The notes below the pieces were generated by a model that did not search any database, was not told the origin of the DNA, and worked only from the letters and a program-made list of their open reading frames with translations. From the human T2T-CHM13v2.0 reference genome, Homo sapiens, in NCBI RefSeq assembly GCF_009914755.1, contig NC_060929.1: a stretch of DNA of 64,000 bases. One strand, written 5' to 3'. This document shows positions 40,588 to 57,009 of the stretch, in pieces. Made by a program: the position numbers and the translations under genes. The stretch's first letter is position 1. The number at the start of each line of letters is the position of its first letter.

Positions 40588-40658
40588 GAGTTATTGTGAA
40601 AGTTAAGGTAGAGCTCTGTTTAGTTTTGGTTTTACCTACGTCCTTTTAGGCTTTCTTT

Positions 40659-40816
40659 TTTTTTTTTTTTTCTTCTTACCTTTTTTTTTTTATTATTATA
40701 CTTTAAGTTTTAGGGTACATGTGCACAATGTGCAGGTTAGTTACATATGTATACATGTGCCATGCTGGTGTGCTGCACCCACTAACTCGTCATCTAGCAT
40801 TAGGTATATCTCCCAA
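40659..40816 (-). mobile_element. Very short L1PA2-like 3' end with a double A tail
   Basis: L1 terminal sequence with cccactaactcgtcatctagc (GAG, non-Ta). TSD (A)GGCTTTCTTT at 40648-40658 and 40816-40826. Confidence 0.9.
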
Positions 40817-40860
40817 GGCTTTCTTTATCTGAAAATGTCTTTATTTTCTATTCATTGTTC

Positions 40861-40997
40861 TTTTTTTTTTTTTTTTTTTTTTTTTAATTAGAGAAAGAGT
40901 CCCACTTTGTTTCCCAAGCTGGTTTAGATCTCTTGGCCTGAAGCAATCCTCCTGCCTCGGCTTCCCAAAGTGCTAGGGTGAGCCACTGTGCCCAGCC
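40861..40997 (-). mobile_element. Alu monomer (FLAM-like)
   Basis: Long T tail plus a single diverged left-arm sequence. Confidence 0.8.
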
Positions 40998-42830
40998 TTG
41001 TTTTCCATTCATTCTTGAAAGATGGTTTTACCACATTTACTATTTACAGTTGACAGTTATTTTCTTTCAACACTGGAAGGATACTGTGCTACTTTTGTCC
41101 AAACTGTGTGGTTTCAGAAGAGAAGTCTGCTTTCTGTGAATTGGTATACCCTGTAGGTAAAGTCATTTCTCTCTGGCTGCTTTCAAGACTCCTTGTCTTT
41201 CCTTGTCGGAAGTTTGATTATGATGAATCTTGGCTTGAATTTATTTGTGTTTATCCTATTTCAGGTCCTGTCAGCTTCTTGTTTGTAGATTTGTGTCTTT
41301 CGCCAAATTTGAGAAGTTTCAGTCATTATTTCTTTAAGTACTCTTTCAGCCCTACTCTTTCTCCTCTCCTTTTATCTCAGATTATACAAATGTGGGATTG
41401 CTTGCCTTACAGGTTCCTAAGGTTCTGTTCATTTTTTTTCACCCAATCTATTTTCTCTTTGTTGTTCAAATTGGGTAATCTATTGATCTGTCCTCAAGTT
41501 CAATGATTAGCCTCTCTTATCTTCACTTTACTATTGAGCCCATTCAGTGAGTTTTTAAAATTTGCTTTGTAATTTTTAGTTATATACTTTTTATTTGGTT
41601 CTTTTTTTAATAACTTCTGTTTCTATGGCTGAGATAATCTATGTGTTTTCATATTTTTCAAGGGAATTTGTAAGTGATTGTTGTGCATTTTTCTGGCAGC
41701 TTTAAAATCCTCGTCAGGTAATTCCAACATCAGATCCATCCCACTGTTGGTTGACTGTCTTTTCTCATTCAGATTGTGATTTTCTTGGCTCTTGATATGA
41801 TGGATGATTTTTAATTGTACCCTAGACATATAATCTATTATGTTAGGACATCTTGGGTCCCATTTAAATCTTTCATTTTTGCAGGTAGTTACCTTGTTTA
41901 GGTTTAGCAGGTAGGGCCTGGCCTGCTTTAAATGGTTTCAATGACAGTGCAATTTTTAGAGCTTTTTTGGTGTTATTTTGTTTTGTTGGTTTATCTGGTG
42001 CCACTGGGCTTCCTTCTAACTTGTTCATTTTAATGCTGCCTCTAGGAGTAGAGGGAATTCCCCAAGTCTGGGCTGCCAGGTGTTTCACTGAGGAAGGGCA
42101 TCTTAGGCCTATGGGATTGTTTGGTAGACTTCTCCTGCCTCTGAGGAACAGAGTACTTCCTGGGCTGGGGCCTTATTGTGGTGGGATTCTTTCTCCCGTT
42201 AGGCACACTGCCCTGTCATCTCTGGCAAGGGAGATAGGAGTCTCAGTGCATGGAGACAAAGAGACTTCCCAGGATAGGTCTTTTTTTTGTGGCAGTACTT
42301 CTCTTGCCAATGCAACTGAGCTGCCTTGTTATTTCTCAGTTGGGAAGTGAGATAACAGGCCCACAGAAACAAAGAGGCCTCTTAGGCTTGGTCGCTCATT
42401 TGTCTGGGATCTATCTTCCTGTTACTTGTGGGCCATCCCAGTATTTCTTGGTGGGGCAAAGCAGTCTTAGGCCAGCTGGGAAAGGGAGTCTTCCCTTAGC
42501 TGCTTATTGTTAGTTGGATCTCCAGTCAATCCCCTTGAAGGTGGTACTGGGCTCATTTGGTCATTTTGAGGACTCTTATATAATCCAGGGGAGGAATAGG
42601 CCTAACTGAGCCGCCTTCTATGGCTATGTTGGGAGTCAAACTGCCTTCTGTTGTGGCGGTAGGATGGAAGACATCCTGCCACTATTCTGTTCTCCCATTC
42701 CAGGAGTCCCAAACCAATTCACCCTTCTCATACCATCTTTCAGAGTTCCTTGTTTGCCTCTTGAATTATGTCCAGGGTTTATAGCTATAATACTTTCCTG
42801 TGGAAAGGAGCAGGGAGAATTATGCTTCTA
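40998..42830 (-). mobile_element. Ancient L1M 5'/ORF1-region relic
   Basis: Motifs gagaagtctgct, gccaaatttgagaagtttcagtcattatttcttt, ttgatctgtcctcaagttca. Confidence 0.6.
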
Positions 42831-43479
42831 GAACTTGTCCAATGACCATAGTATTTTAATTGTTTGTTTGGATGCTGGATAATATACATTCTATATTTGT
42901 ATAGTAGAACAAATGCTCACATTTTTAAAAAAAAATTAAAGGGTTACACAATAAAGAGTATTTGGAGACTTCTGGTCTATAAGATTAAGTGAATACTTGA
43001 TTCCTTGTTTAAGCTCTCCATGGCCTGGTTAGAAAGTACATTTCTAGTTTTTCACTGAACATTACTCCCCTTTAAGAAGTCTTTGCCTTCACTCTTCTTG
43101 TGTATTCACTCTATCTAGAAGATTTCTACTTCTTTCTATGCTTTTGCCAAAGTTATTTTCTCCTTTTAGCATATCAATCATATCCATGTTCAAGACTTAT
43201 CTCAAATACTACCTGTTTTTTGAGACTTCTTCTGACTTTTCTAGCACAATATGGCTTCCTTTTCCTCTGAAATCCTTTGTCATCACTTACATTACTCATG
43301 TGACACTTGAAATGACATTTTGAACAGAGTGTAATCTAAGTTTATCTTTAACTCATCTGTTTGGAGATGAACTTTCCTAGAGAAGCAGTGCTAGCAATGC
43401 TTAAGTATATCCATAACATATGCAATGTATGGAGCATAACTACCATTTTACATGAGTCTAATGGAATATATCCTTATAT

Positions 43480-43970
43480 ACTGACAGTTCTATCTTAAAA
43501 TTCCAGGTTCATATTCCTAGACTTACACCCCTTCTCTACCAGCGTAGTTAATACTGAGTCCCATAGGAGTGGTGGCTTCTGTGGGCTATGCCAGAGAGAC
43601 TGCTGCATGGCAGACTGAGAGAAAGTTTGTTGGCAGCGAAGTAGAAAAATAAACTCTTTAGAGATGTTAGAGAGAAGAGAGCTAATGTTGGTGGGACTGT
43701 GACAACCACTAATCATAGGTTAGAAAAGAAACTATGTTTCTTTTACACAGGTATTCTTGCCCAACTCCTACCCTTCACTGAACACACTTACATTTCCTCC
43801 CTGTGCCTCATTTTTTCACTCAACAGGTAATAGCTTACCTTATTGGTTGCCCCCAGTTTCCTGTATTACATCTCTTTTTCCTTCTGTTCCTTGTGCTTCT
43901 CAAATTAACTACTACTTGCATTTGAATCCTTGTCTCAGGGTCTGCTTCTGAGAGAACCCAAACTAAGACA
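43480..43970 (+). mobile_element. LTR16-like ERVL LTR
   Basis: 3' end aatccttgtctcagggtctgcttctg...aacccaaactaagaca. Confidence 0.6.
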
Positions 43971-45269
43971 GGGACAGTCAGCTACCTCACATCCACAAGT
44001 TATTAGAACTAGATTCAGTAGCATCAGCCAACTCCCCAGAAGGGCAGTTAATCCATCTCATTCATTTCTTCTTTTCTCAGTGTCACTCACGAATCAATTA
44101 ATAAAAATAAGTATTATTTGCTTAGGCAATTAGAAGGTACACTGTGATTTCATGGGTTTATAAGGCCACCAAAATCTTTATATGTAGCCCATATCTTACA
44201 GTGATTACCAAAGTGCATAATTTATATCTCCAGAATCTCTCTAAAATAAGAGAATTGATAAATAGGAAAAGTGGATATTTTTCTTTTACCGTAATCATGA
44301 TATATTAATACTCAGGAATTAACATAAAGAATAGAATCCAAATATTAACAAGTCAGGAGTCTAAGTCAATCTGTTGTAGCTTCAAGATCAGGGAAATTTA
44401 ACCATTAGTTTTGAACACAGGTCTGTAGATTTTTCTGTATGGTCACAGATCACTTGCAAGCAAATGAAATGTTAAATATAACTCTGTCAACTCTATTCAT
44501 TCCTATTGTAATACATCTTTTATGTCTTTGCCTTGTTTCTATTGATGGTTTATACTTAATTACAACTTTTATTTTCATTCATTAACCTGTGGACTGATAA
44601 AGCTACTATTCCTATTTCTTGGAAGAGACTAAGAGGCAGTCTGCTTCCATTTTTTCTGTTTTTTCTCTATATTTGAGAAGGTTGCAAAAAGTCTGCTTGT
44701 CCCTTTACAAAAAACAGAGCAAAGATAGAGACCAGAAATATGTAGTATAATCACTTTAGGAGAAACCAGCTCTGGAGCAGTTGTTAAGGAGCAAGCTGCA
44801 GCTGTCTTTGGCCATATCTTCTGAGTGTGACTTTTCTTTCCTTTGGATAGAAGGGGAGAAGGAGAAAAGTCAGTAAAAATAAAAGCAAATGCAGAGTTCC
44901 AGGCTTCTTCAGCAACTCCCCATTCTCCAACTCTGCGTTACTCAATGTCCATGTTCCCTAATTTACTTTTGACTTGCCCTCTGAAACCATTTCAGAGGCG
45001 TAAGTAAAGCTTTAGCATCATCATATAACTGAAATTGAATGTCTTTCTCAGCCACTTAGCAGCCTTCTTAGGAATATTCCATTTAATACCTAAGGGGGAG
45101 AGGGTTGGTAGTTCTACCCCATCTTTATCCAATTTAACGGATTGGGAGTTTGCCTCTCTATCAACACTTCTGCAGACTATCCACAAATTCTGATCAAAAT
45201 AGTCACTGAATTCTCCTGGGGCATTTATCCCTGCCTCTTACAGGCTGAGTCACATGTCTTTTTTTATTA

Positions 45270-45630
45270 TTTAAATTTTTACTTTTAATTAACAAATAAT
45301 AATTGTATATATTTATGGGTATGAGTACAATGTGATGTTTTGATATATGTATATATTGTGGAATGATTATATCAAGCTAACTAACATATCCATCACTTCA
45401 CATAACTTATTTTTGGTAGTGAGATCATTTAAAATCTGGAGCTTTTTGTAGCAATTTTGAAGTAGAAATACATTATTATTAACCATGGTCACTTTGCTGT
45501 GCAATAGATCTTGGAAACTTACTCCTCCCATCTAACTGAGACTTTGTACCATTTGGTCAACTTATCTCCATTCCTCAACCCCTCACACCTCCTGTTTCTG
45601 CTGACCAACATTCTGTTCTCTACTGTTCTT
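45270..45630 (-). mobile_element. L1MA 3' end
   Basis: aattgtatatatttatggg...tacaatgtgatgttttgatatatgtata...aacatatccatcac. Confidence 0.75.
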
Positions 45631-46359
45631 TTGTTTTTTTCTGTCTATAACTTAGACTGGATAATTTCTGTAGATCTATTGATCAATTATCTAAGGACAC
45701 TGAAATTCAACTTTGATATGACAGGCAGTGAGCCGGTTTGGTCTGCAGACTTAGTCTGCCAATCCCTAATTTGGTTCAATCCATGATGGACATGTTTAGA
45801 AGGTAGGCTTACTTCTTTTCATTTCGAGGTTACTTTTTCTACCACAGTGTGGTATGTTTGGGGTTTATTAAAAGCCTGGGGTATTTTATCAGAGCCTCTT
45901 CTGCTTGCAGGCCCTGAACTCTCTCTGTATTTTTTAACCTATTGGCTTCTGCTTTCACAATGACCATGTGCATTCAAGGGTAAAAGTAGCCCATAAATCC
46001 TTGACATGGCTTCTTTTCTTAACCTAGCTTTAGTCTGTCAATACTTCACTATTTTACTAGCTCTCCAGTGCCTTTAAATGGATGTTTAGGGGTTTTCTTT
46101 GTTTGGTTGTTTTTTCTTTTTGTGTTTTTGTTTCTACATTTCAACCTATTTTTTCAGTGGTTTGCACTACAAGGATTGGGCTCAACTGCCTAGGTTATCA
46201 TTGTCTAAAGTGGAAAAGCTGTCCAAGAATCAGTTTGCAACTTTAAAATAACTTTCCTGACTGCCAGATGGCACTCTTAGAAGAATAACATTTGCTTATA
46301 TATAGGGTTTGGGGTGGAGAATTAAACCCCAGAACTGCTAATCAAATGGAAAGTACAGC

Positions 46360-47730
<1,371 letters not shown>

Positions 47731-48029
47731 AAAAAACTATGCATAAAAACTATTGCATTTTAAAAATCAGTGTTGTCCCTTTGTTGACCTAACAGAGAGT
47801 GTTGGTTGAGTGTTTGCCACATGGTATTTCAGAAGGTAAAGCACTTCAAATAACTGTCCAGGACATTTTAAAGTCATAGTTAGGGTGAATTTTTACTTCA
47901 AGATGTCTGATTACTTGTTACAACTCATAGATCATCATTACATTTCCATCTGTCTTTGTAATGAGGGGAAAACTACACTCTAACATTAATAAGAAACCTA
48001 ACTCATAAATAAAATATATCAACCAGGAT

Positions 48030-48145
48030 ACTCTTCCTCCAACTCTTCCTTCCTACTCCCCTCCTTTTTTTCTTCCCTTCCTCTCTTTCTTTCCTTTTTA
48101 TTCCTCCCTTCCTTTTCTCTTACTTTTTTCCTTTTTCCTTTCTTC
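48030..48145. repeat. CT-rich low-complexity tract
   Basis: Almost pure pyrimidine run of about 115 bp. Confidence 0.8.
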
Positions 48146-48856
48146 ATTAAAAACCATATTTTTTCTTACATTATGGTATTGTGGGATTTCATAGTTGAGC
48201 CTTTTTTAGATGATAAAATATCCTCTAGTAATCAGTTCTTGAGATCAGATAATGGGATGCTCTCTTTCAATGATATGTTTGCATCACTGGCCTTATGCAC
48301 CCTAGTGATATTGTAATTGGTGTTTGTTGCTTTATTATACCACAGGAGATTACTTGGGAAAGATATGGGACTATATGAAGTGTCATAGACAGCTATAACT
48401 CATGGCCCATTTATATGTGGAAAAATTAGCTCTTAGTAATATGATTTGAGTAGAAAAACAATTTCTAAGATTAAATGAGAACTGAAAATTTTACATTGTA
48501 AAATCAAACTCCCTCATGTATTTATGACAGCTTTTTGAAATGACAAATAATAGCATAACATAAACTTTATGGTTGGTGGAAAGTACATGCTGTGCTCTAA
48601 TTACAGAGATACTATCATTTCGAAGGCTGAGATTTCTGATAGAATTTGGCTGTAATGTAGACTTTAATGTCCTATTGTGTAGTACCGTTTCTTAAATTTG
48701 TTTTACAGCATCTTGGGGTTATAACTTCTCAGTGTGCTGTTGATTGAATGGTCTGAATGAAATATCCCTTTAGGTCGACTTTCCACTGGCTCAAATGCAA
48801 CTTCAAGAAGTGTACCCTTGCTTGTACTAAACAACTGTTCTTATTCTTTGCTGTAG

Positions 48857-48913
48857 GACAAGAAATGGATTCTCAGTCATGAAGATGTCATATTGGGAGA
48901 ATTACTGGGCAAG
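48857..48913 (+). CDS. FER: FER coding exon, 57 nt, phase 0-0 (DKKWILSHEDVILGELLGK); probably exon 14
   Basis: Acceptor ttctttgctgtAG and donor GTatgt. The translation matches the FER SH2-kinase linker and the start of the Gly-rich loop, and is in frame with the next exon. Confidence 0.96.
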
Positions 48914-50724
48914 GTATGTAATCAACTGAGCTAAATAACCAGAAGTCTCTATATTGATTGTGAAGACTGCAGATTTTTTCATTTTCCTCAAAGCTTTTCT
49001 TATATTGCCACAAGGCACATTACACATTAACTAGAACACAATGCTATATCTTCTCAATATTGTGATGCTCACTGAAATAGATGTGTGAAAGTCTTTGAAA
49101 GATTTAAGGATGATTCTTAACATTTAAGAATATTATATGTGTGTTTTCCCCTGGAAGGACTAAAAATCATAATGATTTTACTTCAGTGTGCAGTAAAGTC
49201 AAAACTAGTGAACTGAGATTTGAAAAGAAACAGTGAGATAATAAAAGTTTAAATAAATACCTAATAGTCTTGTTCTTTTTGTTTCTGGTTACATGTGATA
49301 GTTTAGAAAAAAATGAAATACTGCCTCTTGGGATTTCAGGATTGTATATAGAATTACAGTATGTAACAACACTGGGCATATTTCAATCTAAAAATGTGGA
49401 CAAGACACTTGTTTCAATATAAATATTAATTTTATAACTAGTTCTATTAATCAGAAAAAGCAACTATATATAATAAAAGTCCCTTTTCTTCCAATGTAGT
49501 TGGAAGTTTCTTTGAACTCATAGGCCGTAGTCAAGTATATGTTATTTAACAATAATGGCAGATACTTGAGAATTAACCAAATGGACTATTTGAAAATTTA
49601 TTAATAACTTTTATTTATAATTGAGTTCCAATGAATAAGTATTCACTTTTTTGTCAGTGACTTAATTAGTGATTATTTCCATTAATATATAAAAATGTGA
49701 ATTCATTTTAGCTTATGGTGTGATACAAAAAATAGTTTAAAATCTATATATTTAGGAAAAGCTAACATACATATGAGTGATCAGTACTGAACTTAATTAA
49801 GGCTCAGCATTTTAGATGAAGAAATGATTACTCATTACTTTTTTGATTCAAATGTAAACTTGATGAATTGACTATTTTCCCCTATTTTTAAAAAATCTCT
49901 GAGAAAGTAAATCTCTGTTGAAATAACATAGTTTGCAGGATTCTTATCATTTATGATTTTAAAATACTTTTCCCAAAGCATCGAATTGTTATTGGAAAGC
50001 AGATTTTTATTGGCATATTTAGTAAGTGAATTCTAAAGAACCTCAAGCTAAAAGCAGTGACTCATATGTTATTTCCTCTGGGTTTATTTCCTCATCCTTA
50101 AGGAAATATTTCTTCTTTCCCTTGCTCTAGGTAACTCAGTAGCAGTGACTGGGCCAAAAAATATTACAAAGATTAATTTCCATGATACAATTAAATAATA
50201 AATTATAAAACTAAAGCATTTACTGAAATAAAGGCAGAATATGTTTAGAAGGACAGACTTTTTAGTACTACGAAAAAAATATTTTTAGTTAAAGAGAAAT
50301 ATTTCTATTTTTGTGTTTAGTTTATGCTATAAAGTATTAGGAGGAATTTATCTCCTTAGACTATTTCAAAGAATAATTTTTTTCTCAACGACAAGTAATA
50401 TGTCAGTCTTAATGAATTTATTTTAAATAGAAGACTGTGACTTTGAGGCAGTGTGTAGCTTAATTTCATCCAGTAGTTTTAAGTACAAGAAAATGGTTAT
50501 TTAACATTTTTCACTGCCTATTTTAAATAATCATTTACAGTATACTGCTTAAGAGTACATGGCTAATTAAGACAATTAGCCATGATTCCTATTGTTAGAG
50601 ACTTTGGAGTTAAGTTATAATATAAGGTAATGGCAGGAACGCTGAGGGTTTTTTTTTTTGTATTCAGCACTATATTTTTAGTAGACTGTACTTGATATAC
50701 AGTATCAGATGCAGCTATAGTCGA

Positions 50725-53700
50725 TAGTTGGTATTCAACAAATATTCAGTCATCCAGTGTTTTTTGAATGCCTACTATGTGCAAGGCACTCTTCTAGGCA
50801 TGTTTTACAGTTTCAATGAGCAAGTAGCCAGAAATCCTTTCTCTTACGGAGCTTAATATTCTTTCTAGGAGGAGAAGATAAACAATAAGCATAATAAATA
50901 GGTAAATTTTATAATGTTAGAGGGTGCTAAGTCCTGTGAACAATAGAGGGATTGGAAGCGTTACTAGTTGTAGTTGCTGTTTTTAGTAGGAAATCCAGAT
51001 AAACCTTATTATGTTTACTTTTGAATAAAGACTTGAAGGAGGTGGGAAATATAGCCACATGGACATCTGAGGGAAGAGGGGTCTATGCAGAGTAAACAGC
51101 CAATGCAAAATTTGTTTGAAGAGCAAAGGAAGCATTTTCATTGTAACAGTAAGCAAGAGGGAATGTGATAGGAGAGGAAGTCTGTTAGGTGATGAGGGTA
51201 TAAATTACATTGACCTTTTAAGTCATTGTATAACTTTGGCTTTGATCATGAATGAAATGGCGAGCTGGTGGGCAATTTTGAGAGGAGGAATGGCATGATC
51301 TTTTTTAAAAAGTTACTCCGGGAGTTGTGAAAATAGGCTGACAACTTGGAAGGTTAGGAGGCAGTTGAACTTACCTGACTAAAAGATGATGCTAGGTTAA
51401 GATGATAGCAGTGGTGGTGGTGTGAAGTAGTGAGTTCTGGATGTACTTTTGAAATTGAACCAATTGAATATCCTGATGGACTCTGTATGTGGGGTATTAG
51501 AGAAAGATTTCAGTCCTAAGTGTAAAAGATTTCAGGGAACGAGAAGAGGTGTTCAGTTTTGGATGTATTGAGTTTTTCTATGAAACTTCCAAGTGGGGAT
51601 GATGGAAACTATTGGGTATTAAGTCTGGAGTTGGAGAAAAGAGGTCTGAGTCAAAAGTACAAATCTGGTAGTTGTTAGTATATAGCTGGTACTTACCACA
51701 ATTAGGTGGATTCAACAGTGGAGTGAGTCTAGATGAAGAAGAGAAGAGGATCAAGGATTGAGCCTTGCCCACTCGAACATTAAGAGGTGGAGATAAGAGA
51801 AGCAATCCCCAAAGAAGGTTGAAAAGAGCAGCCAAGTAGGAGGCAGAAAACCAGGAGATATGATGCCTTGGAAGACAAGAAGAGAAAGTATATACCAAGG
51901 AAGAGAGTGATCAGTGGTGTCAGATGATGCTGAAAAGCCAAACAAGATGGGATTTAGCAATGAGAGGATCACTGATGACTTGGCTGAGCAGTTTCCTTGG
52001 AATGCTTTAGGTGAAAGCCAGTTTGGAATGGATTTGAGAGGAACGGGAGGAGAGAATTAGCGATAGCAAAGATGTAATTCTTTGAAGTTTTGCTGCAAAA
52101 GAAATCAGAGATGTGGGGTGATAGTTTCAAGAGAATGATTTGTGCTTTGTCACTGTTACTGTTTAACTTGAGAAAAATAATAGCATACTAGTTTGCAGTT
52201 GGGAATGATCTAGTGAAAATTCATCATTTAAGAGAGAGGGATGAACATTGCTAGAGCGTCATCCTTGAGCAGGTAAGAGGGGATGCAATTTAGTTCACAA
52301 TGGAGGATTGACTTTAATAGAAACACAGTAGTTCACTTTTTATAACAGCGAGGAAAATTGGTAGGTGGGTCAATATAGGGACAAGAGCCCAGAGTTCTCT
52401 TTATATTGCTTCAATTCTTGAAATGAAGTAGGAAACAAAAGCATCAGCTAAGAATGAGGATGGGAGATTTGAGAAGAGAATAGAAGAGAAGCAGTCATCC
52501 AGAAAACTGGGAGTGTGAATGGTCTAAAGAAATATAATATGATTATTGAGTAGCATTAAGGGCCCCCTAAGGGTTTGTGTTCATGAATTTAAAGTTAAAT
52601 CAGTCAGCATGATTATGGTTTTTCTCCAGCCATATTAGCTTTATAGGTGCAGAATAGGCAGAGTTTTGGATTTAATCAGACTTGTAGATTTGCTAAGGGA
52701 GTTTTACAGATTAACAGAGGAGCAAATAAACTGAGAGTGTATGGGAAGGCAGTTATAATTATTGACCATGGAATTTAAGGTGGAACACAGAAGGAGGAGA
52801 ATATAATAAAAGAATGACGTAAAAAGTGATAGAACCGAAAGATTGGCAGTTCCTATAAAGTCAAAGGACTTTTGAAGTCTGGATAAGTATTCAAAAAAAA
52901 AAAGAGGAAGTAAGCTAGAAAGATAGAAGCCAACCGGAAGTTGAAATGAATGAGATAGATGTTATACAACATTTGCATTATTGGTATGGCAGAGTTTAAA
53001 GTATGACCCTAGAAAATAGCTTGGAGTGCAAGGTAATTGGAGGAGAGATGTTCAAGAAACTGAGAGTTTGAATTGTTGGAAGGTCCTTTAAATGTCTATT
53101 GAAATTACAAAGAATTAGGACACTGGGTAGACTGACAGTTACCCAACAGCTCAAATTGCCAATAAACAAAATATTTTCAAATTCAGTAAATGACAGCTGG
53201 AGTGAGGAATAGTGGGTAATATAATTGAGTGACAAATTTTCAAAGCTGAGAGTTTCAGGAATGTGGGAGAGATAATGGTTTAAAGCCAGTGATAAGTAGG
53301 TAATAGAACACTGTGTTCTATCTGCAGGGCATTAGTAGGATTATATGTGGGGAAAATAAGTCATCACTTAAGTTTAGATGGCAAAAGGAAGTTCATCCAC
53401 CATTTGGGTCTTCTCAAGTGAGAGCCAGGATTTTGTTAGAACAGGAAGTTAAAGGAAATGATCAAAGAATAGATTGAAAATATAATTTTGATGATGATGG
53501 GCCATGAATTCCAGAAGGCACTATGCAAGTCGGAGATAGATGAGAAAGAAGGATCAAATAGAAGTATGCTGAATCTGAGGGGGCTGGAGAGGGAGAAATG
53601 AAGATTAACCGAGGACCAGGGTCATCTTACATTGACTGACATAAACACAGTCAAGGGGCATAAGATTTGTCCTCAGGGACTGAAGGGCAGCAGCAGAGAT
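50725..53700 (-). mobile_element. Long degenerate L2 element
   Basis: L2 3' end (tgaatgcctactatgtgcaaggcact), strong purine skew on +, and a minus-strand remnant (SPPLNVRV..Q) resembling the L2 RT GVPQGS region. The right boundary is approximate. Confidence 0.7.
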
Positions 53701-55126
53701 GAAGTCATGCTTCATGACTTTTTGTCTCACCCCTTGCATCTTAGAAAGGTTACCCTGATTCAGAATCTCAATTCTGTCACCTAAGCTGATCTTATATTCA
53801 GTCCCTCACCTCCCCTTTAAAGCAAAGGTTTGCGTTGAATGATGATTGAATGATACAGAGTGATGAGTGTCCTGAGCTTCCTCCTCACCTCTTTGGATAG
53901 AGAAGAGGTGGTCTGGGAAAGCATAGTCATTTCTCAGTGTCTGAAGACTGTCCCCCTGACCACCGTTGATAAAGTTGACATTCTCTGGATAGTGGTTGCT
54001 AAATTAATGTTTAAATTTTTCAAATGCCTAGTACATGCCAGTACCTCTTAAAATAGGGCAGAAACCATTAGAAAGACACAAAGGGCAATGGGGATAATAT
54101 GTATTCAGGGACAGGAAAATCAATTTTGGGAAAATCAAGAAAGTCTTCATGAACAAGGGGCATAAGAAATGGATTTAAAGACGAAGTATCAGCTTCTGAT
54201 TGGAGGTGGGCGTTTTCCACAGAGGGAAAAATGTAGAAAAGGCATGACACGTATTTAGGGATCACTATGTATTTGAGTTCAGAGTACATGTAACAGTTGG
54301 GGGTTATAATGTGGAGCTATATAGAGGCCAAGAAAGTGATAGTAATTGAAGGATGGATATTGAGCAAAGCAGTAGTATAATCAAAGTTTTCTCTAGGAAA
54401 GATTAATTTGGCAGTGCTGTTGTAGGTGGATTGGAGAAGTGAGGGACTGAAGATGAGATCAGCTTAGGTAATAGAATTGAGGTCATGAATCAGGGTAACC
54501 TTTCTGAGATGCAAGGAATAAGACAAAAAGTATTATGGAGGTAGGGTCTGAATGCTTACAAGGCAAATGATGGTTCTAGTAACCGAAAAAAGTAATATAG
54601 CCAGGAAGAATCTTTTGATTAATAAAACAGTAAGTTTTAGACAAGCTGAATCGTAAGTGCTTTAGGTAAGTGGAGGCCCAGCAGTAATCATGTAAATTAA
54701 TATCTTCTCTCAGCTCTACCTCTGATGTAATAAATAATCTGACAATTGTGGGTAAAAGACAATCTCTTGAGAATAACAGATGTGAAGCTCAAATTTTCCT
54801 TTTTTAAATTTATCACGAATGTTTACTGTTTAAGTATATTTTTTATGAAAACATGATTGATCATTGTTTTATAAATATTTGAGTTGACTATTAGATTAAA
54901 TGGTAAAAATTGAATATAAGACTTGTTAAAAATATTTTAAGGTATTTTAATAATTTTATTTATTAATAAGCCGTAGTTCAAGGTACAAATTTTAACTTGT
55001 GAACTTCAAATATTAAGAGTTACATTCATCTTAGTGCTCTAAAACTCAGTAAGCAAAGTAGGCTTCTAGTTTAGTTACTTCTTGCTCAACAATAGCATTA
55101 AAGTTTATTATAAAATGTTTGCATAT

Positions 55127-55479
<353 letters not shown>

Positions 55480-55593
55480 CTAAGAGAATACTCAAGAATA
55501 GCTGTTGTGCTAGTGTGTTAGTCTTGTTTATCTTCTCGGTAATGTTTTGGATTTAATTTTAAAAAATAGATTTCAAAATGTCATCTCTTCTAA

Positions 55594-55915
<322 letters not shown>

Positions 55916-56096
55916 AAATGAGGCATTTTATACCACAATATGTCCTAGCCATAGAGTAAAGTTAGAAGTTCGTATGTCTGATAGAAATTAGTTCATCACT
56001 GGTGATATTGACATGTAGGTAAGCACCTCCTCCTCTTTGGTACCTTTCCTTGTATTTGGCAAAGATATACATGCTGTCATTTACCCCAGACAATGA

Positions 56097-56231
<135 letters not shown>

Positions 56232-56687
56232 TGAGTTATTTAAAGTAATCAAAATATGTATTTATTATGTAAATTATTTATTAAAATGTAAGTTTGAAGA
56301 CATCTTAAATTGTGATTTACTGAAATAGTAGGGGTAAGCACTTTTACAGTATGGAATCCAAAAATTTGTGCTTTTGTGATATTCTGCAGATCAATTCAGC
56401 AATCATAGTCAAACCAGGTGTTAAAAAGCAGTATTATTCAAGTTCTTAAAATGTTAAGATATTTTGCTTTCATCACACATACATATACATATATGTATAT
56501 ATGCAATACTGTGCTTATGATAAAAATATTAATGTATTATATACATATACTGTACAGCTCACATATACATTTAAGTAGATAATTACATCTGTCCTACCCT
56601 CCTTAGATAGTACTGCTTGCTTCTGTTTTCTCAGCTGTTAGGTTTCATTTCTGAGAACCTCAGATTTCTTCTTCAACTGTATAGCTT

Positions 56688-56763
56688 ACATATACATTTA
56701 AGTATATACATTTAAGTATATACATTATATACATTATATATATACATTATATACATTATATAC
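56688..56763. repeat. TATACAT/ATATACATTTAAGT tandem low-complexity repeat
   Basis: Repeated 9-14 bp units, read directly. Confidence 0.8.
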
Positions 56764-57009
56764 CTTTTTATAGCTATCCTTGGTTTAGTTGTACATGTAC
56801 AAAACATGCATAAATTTTTTATCTTTCTCCAAAGTTACCTTTTTCATTCTCTTAGGAAAGTATACAGCAGTTTTCAAAGATGAGTGAATTTATAACTGTT
56901 GATAAGATAATAAAGAATAAGATTTGGTAATAGAAATAATTGGGACAGACAGGCATTTGAGGTAATCTAGTTTATTTTTAGTTCATGTTTAGAGTCCTAT
57001 AGGTGAGTG

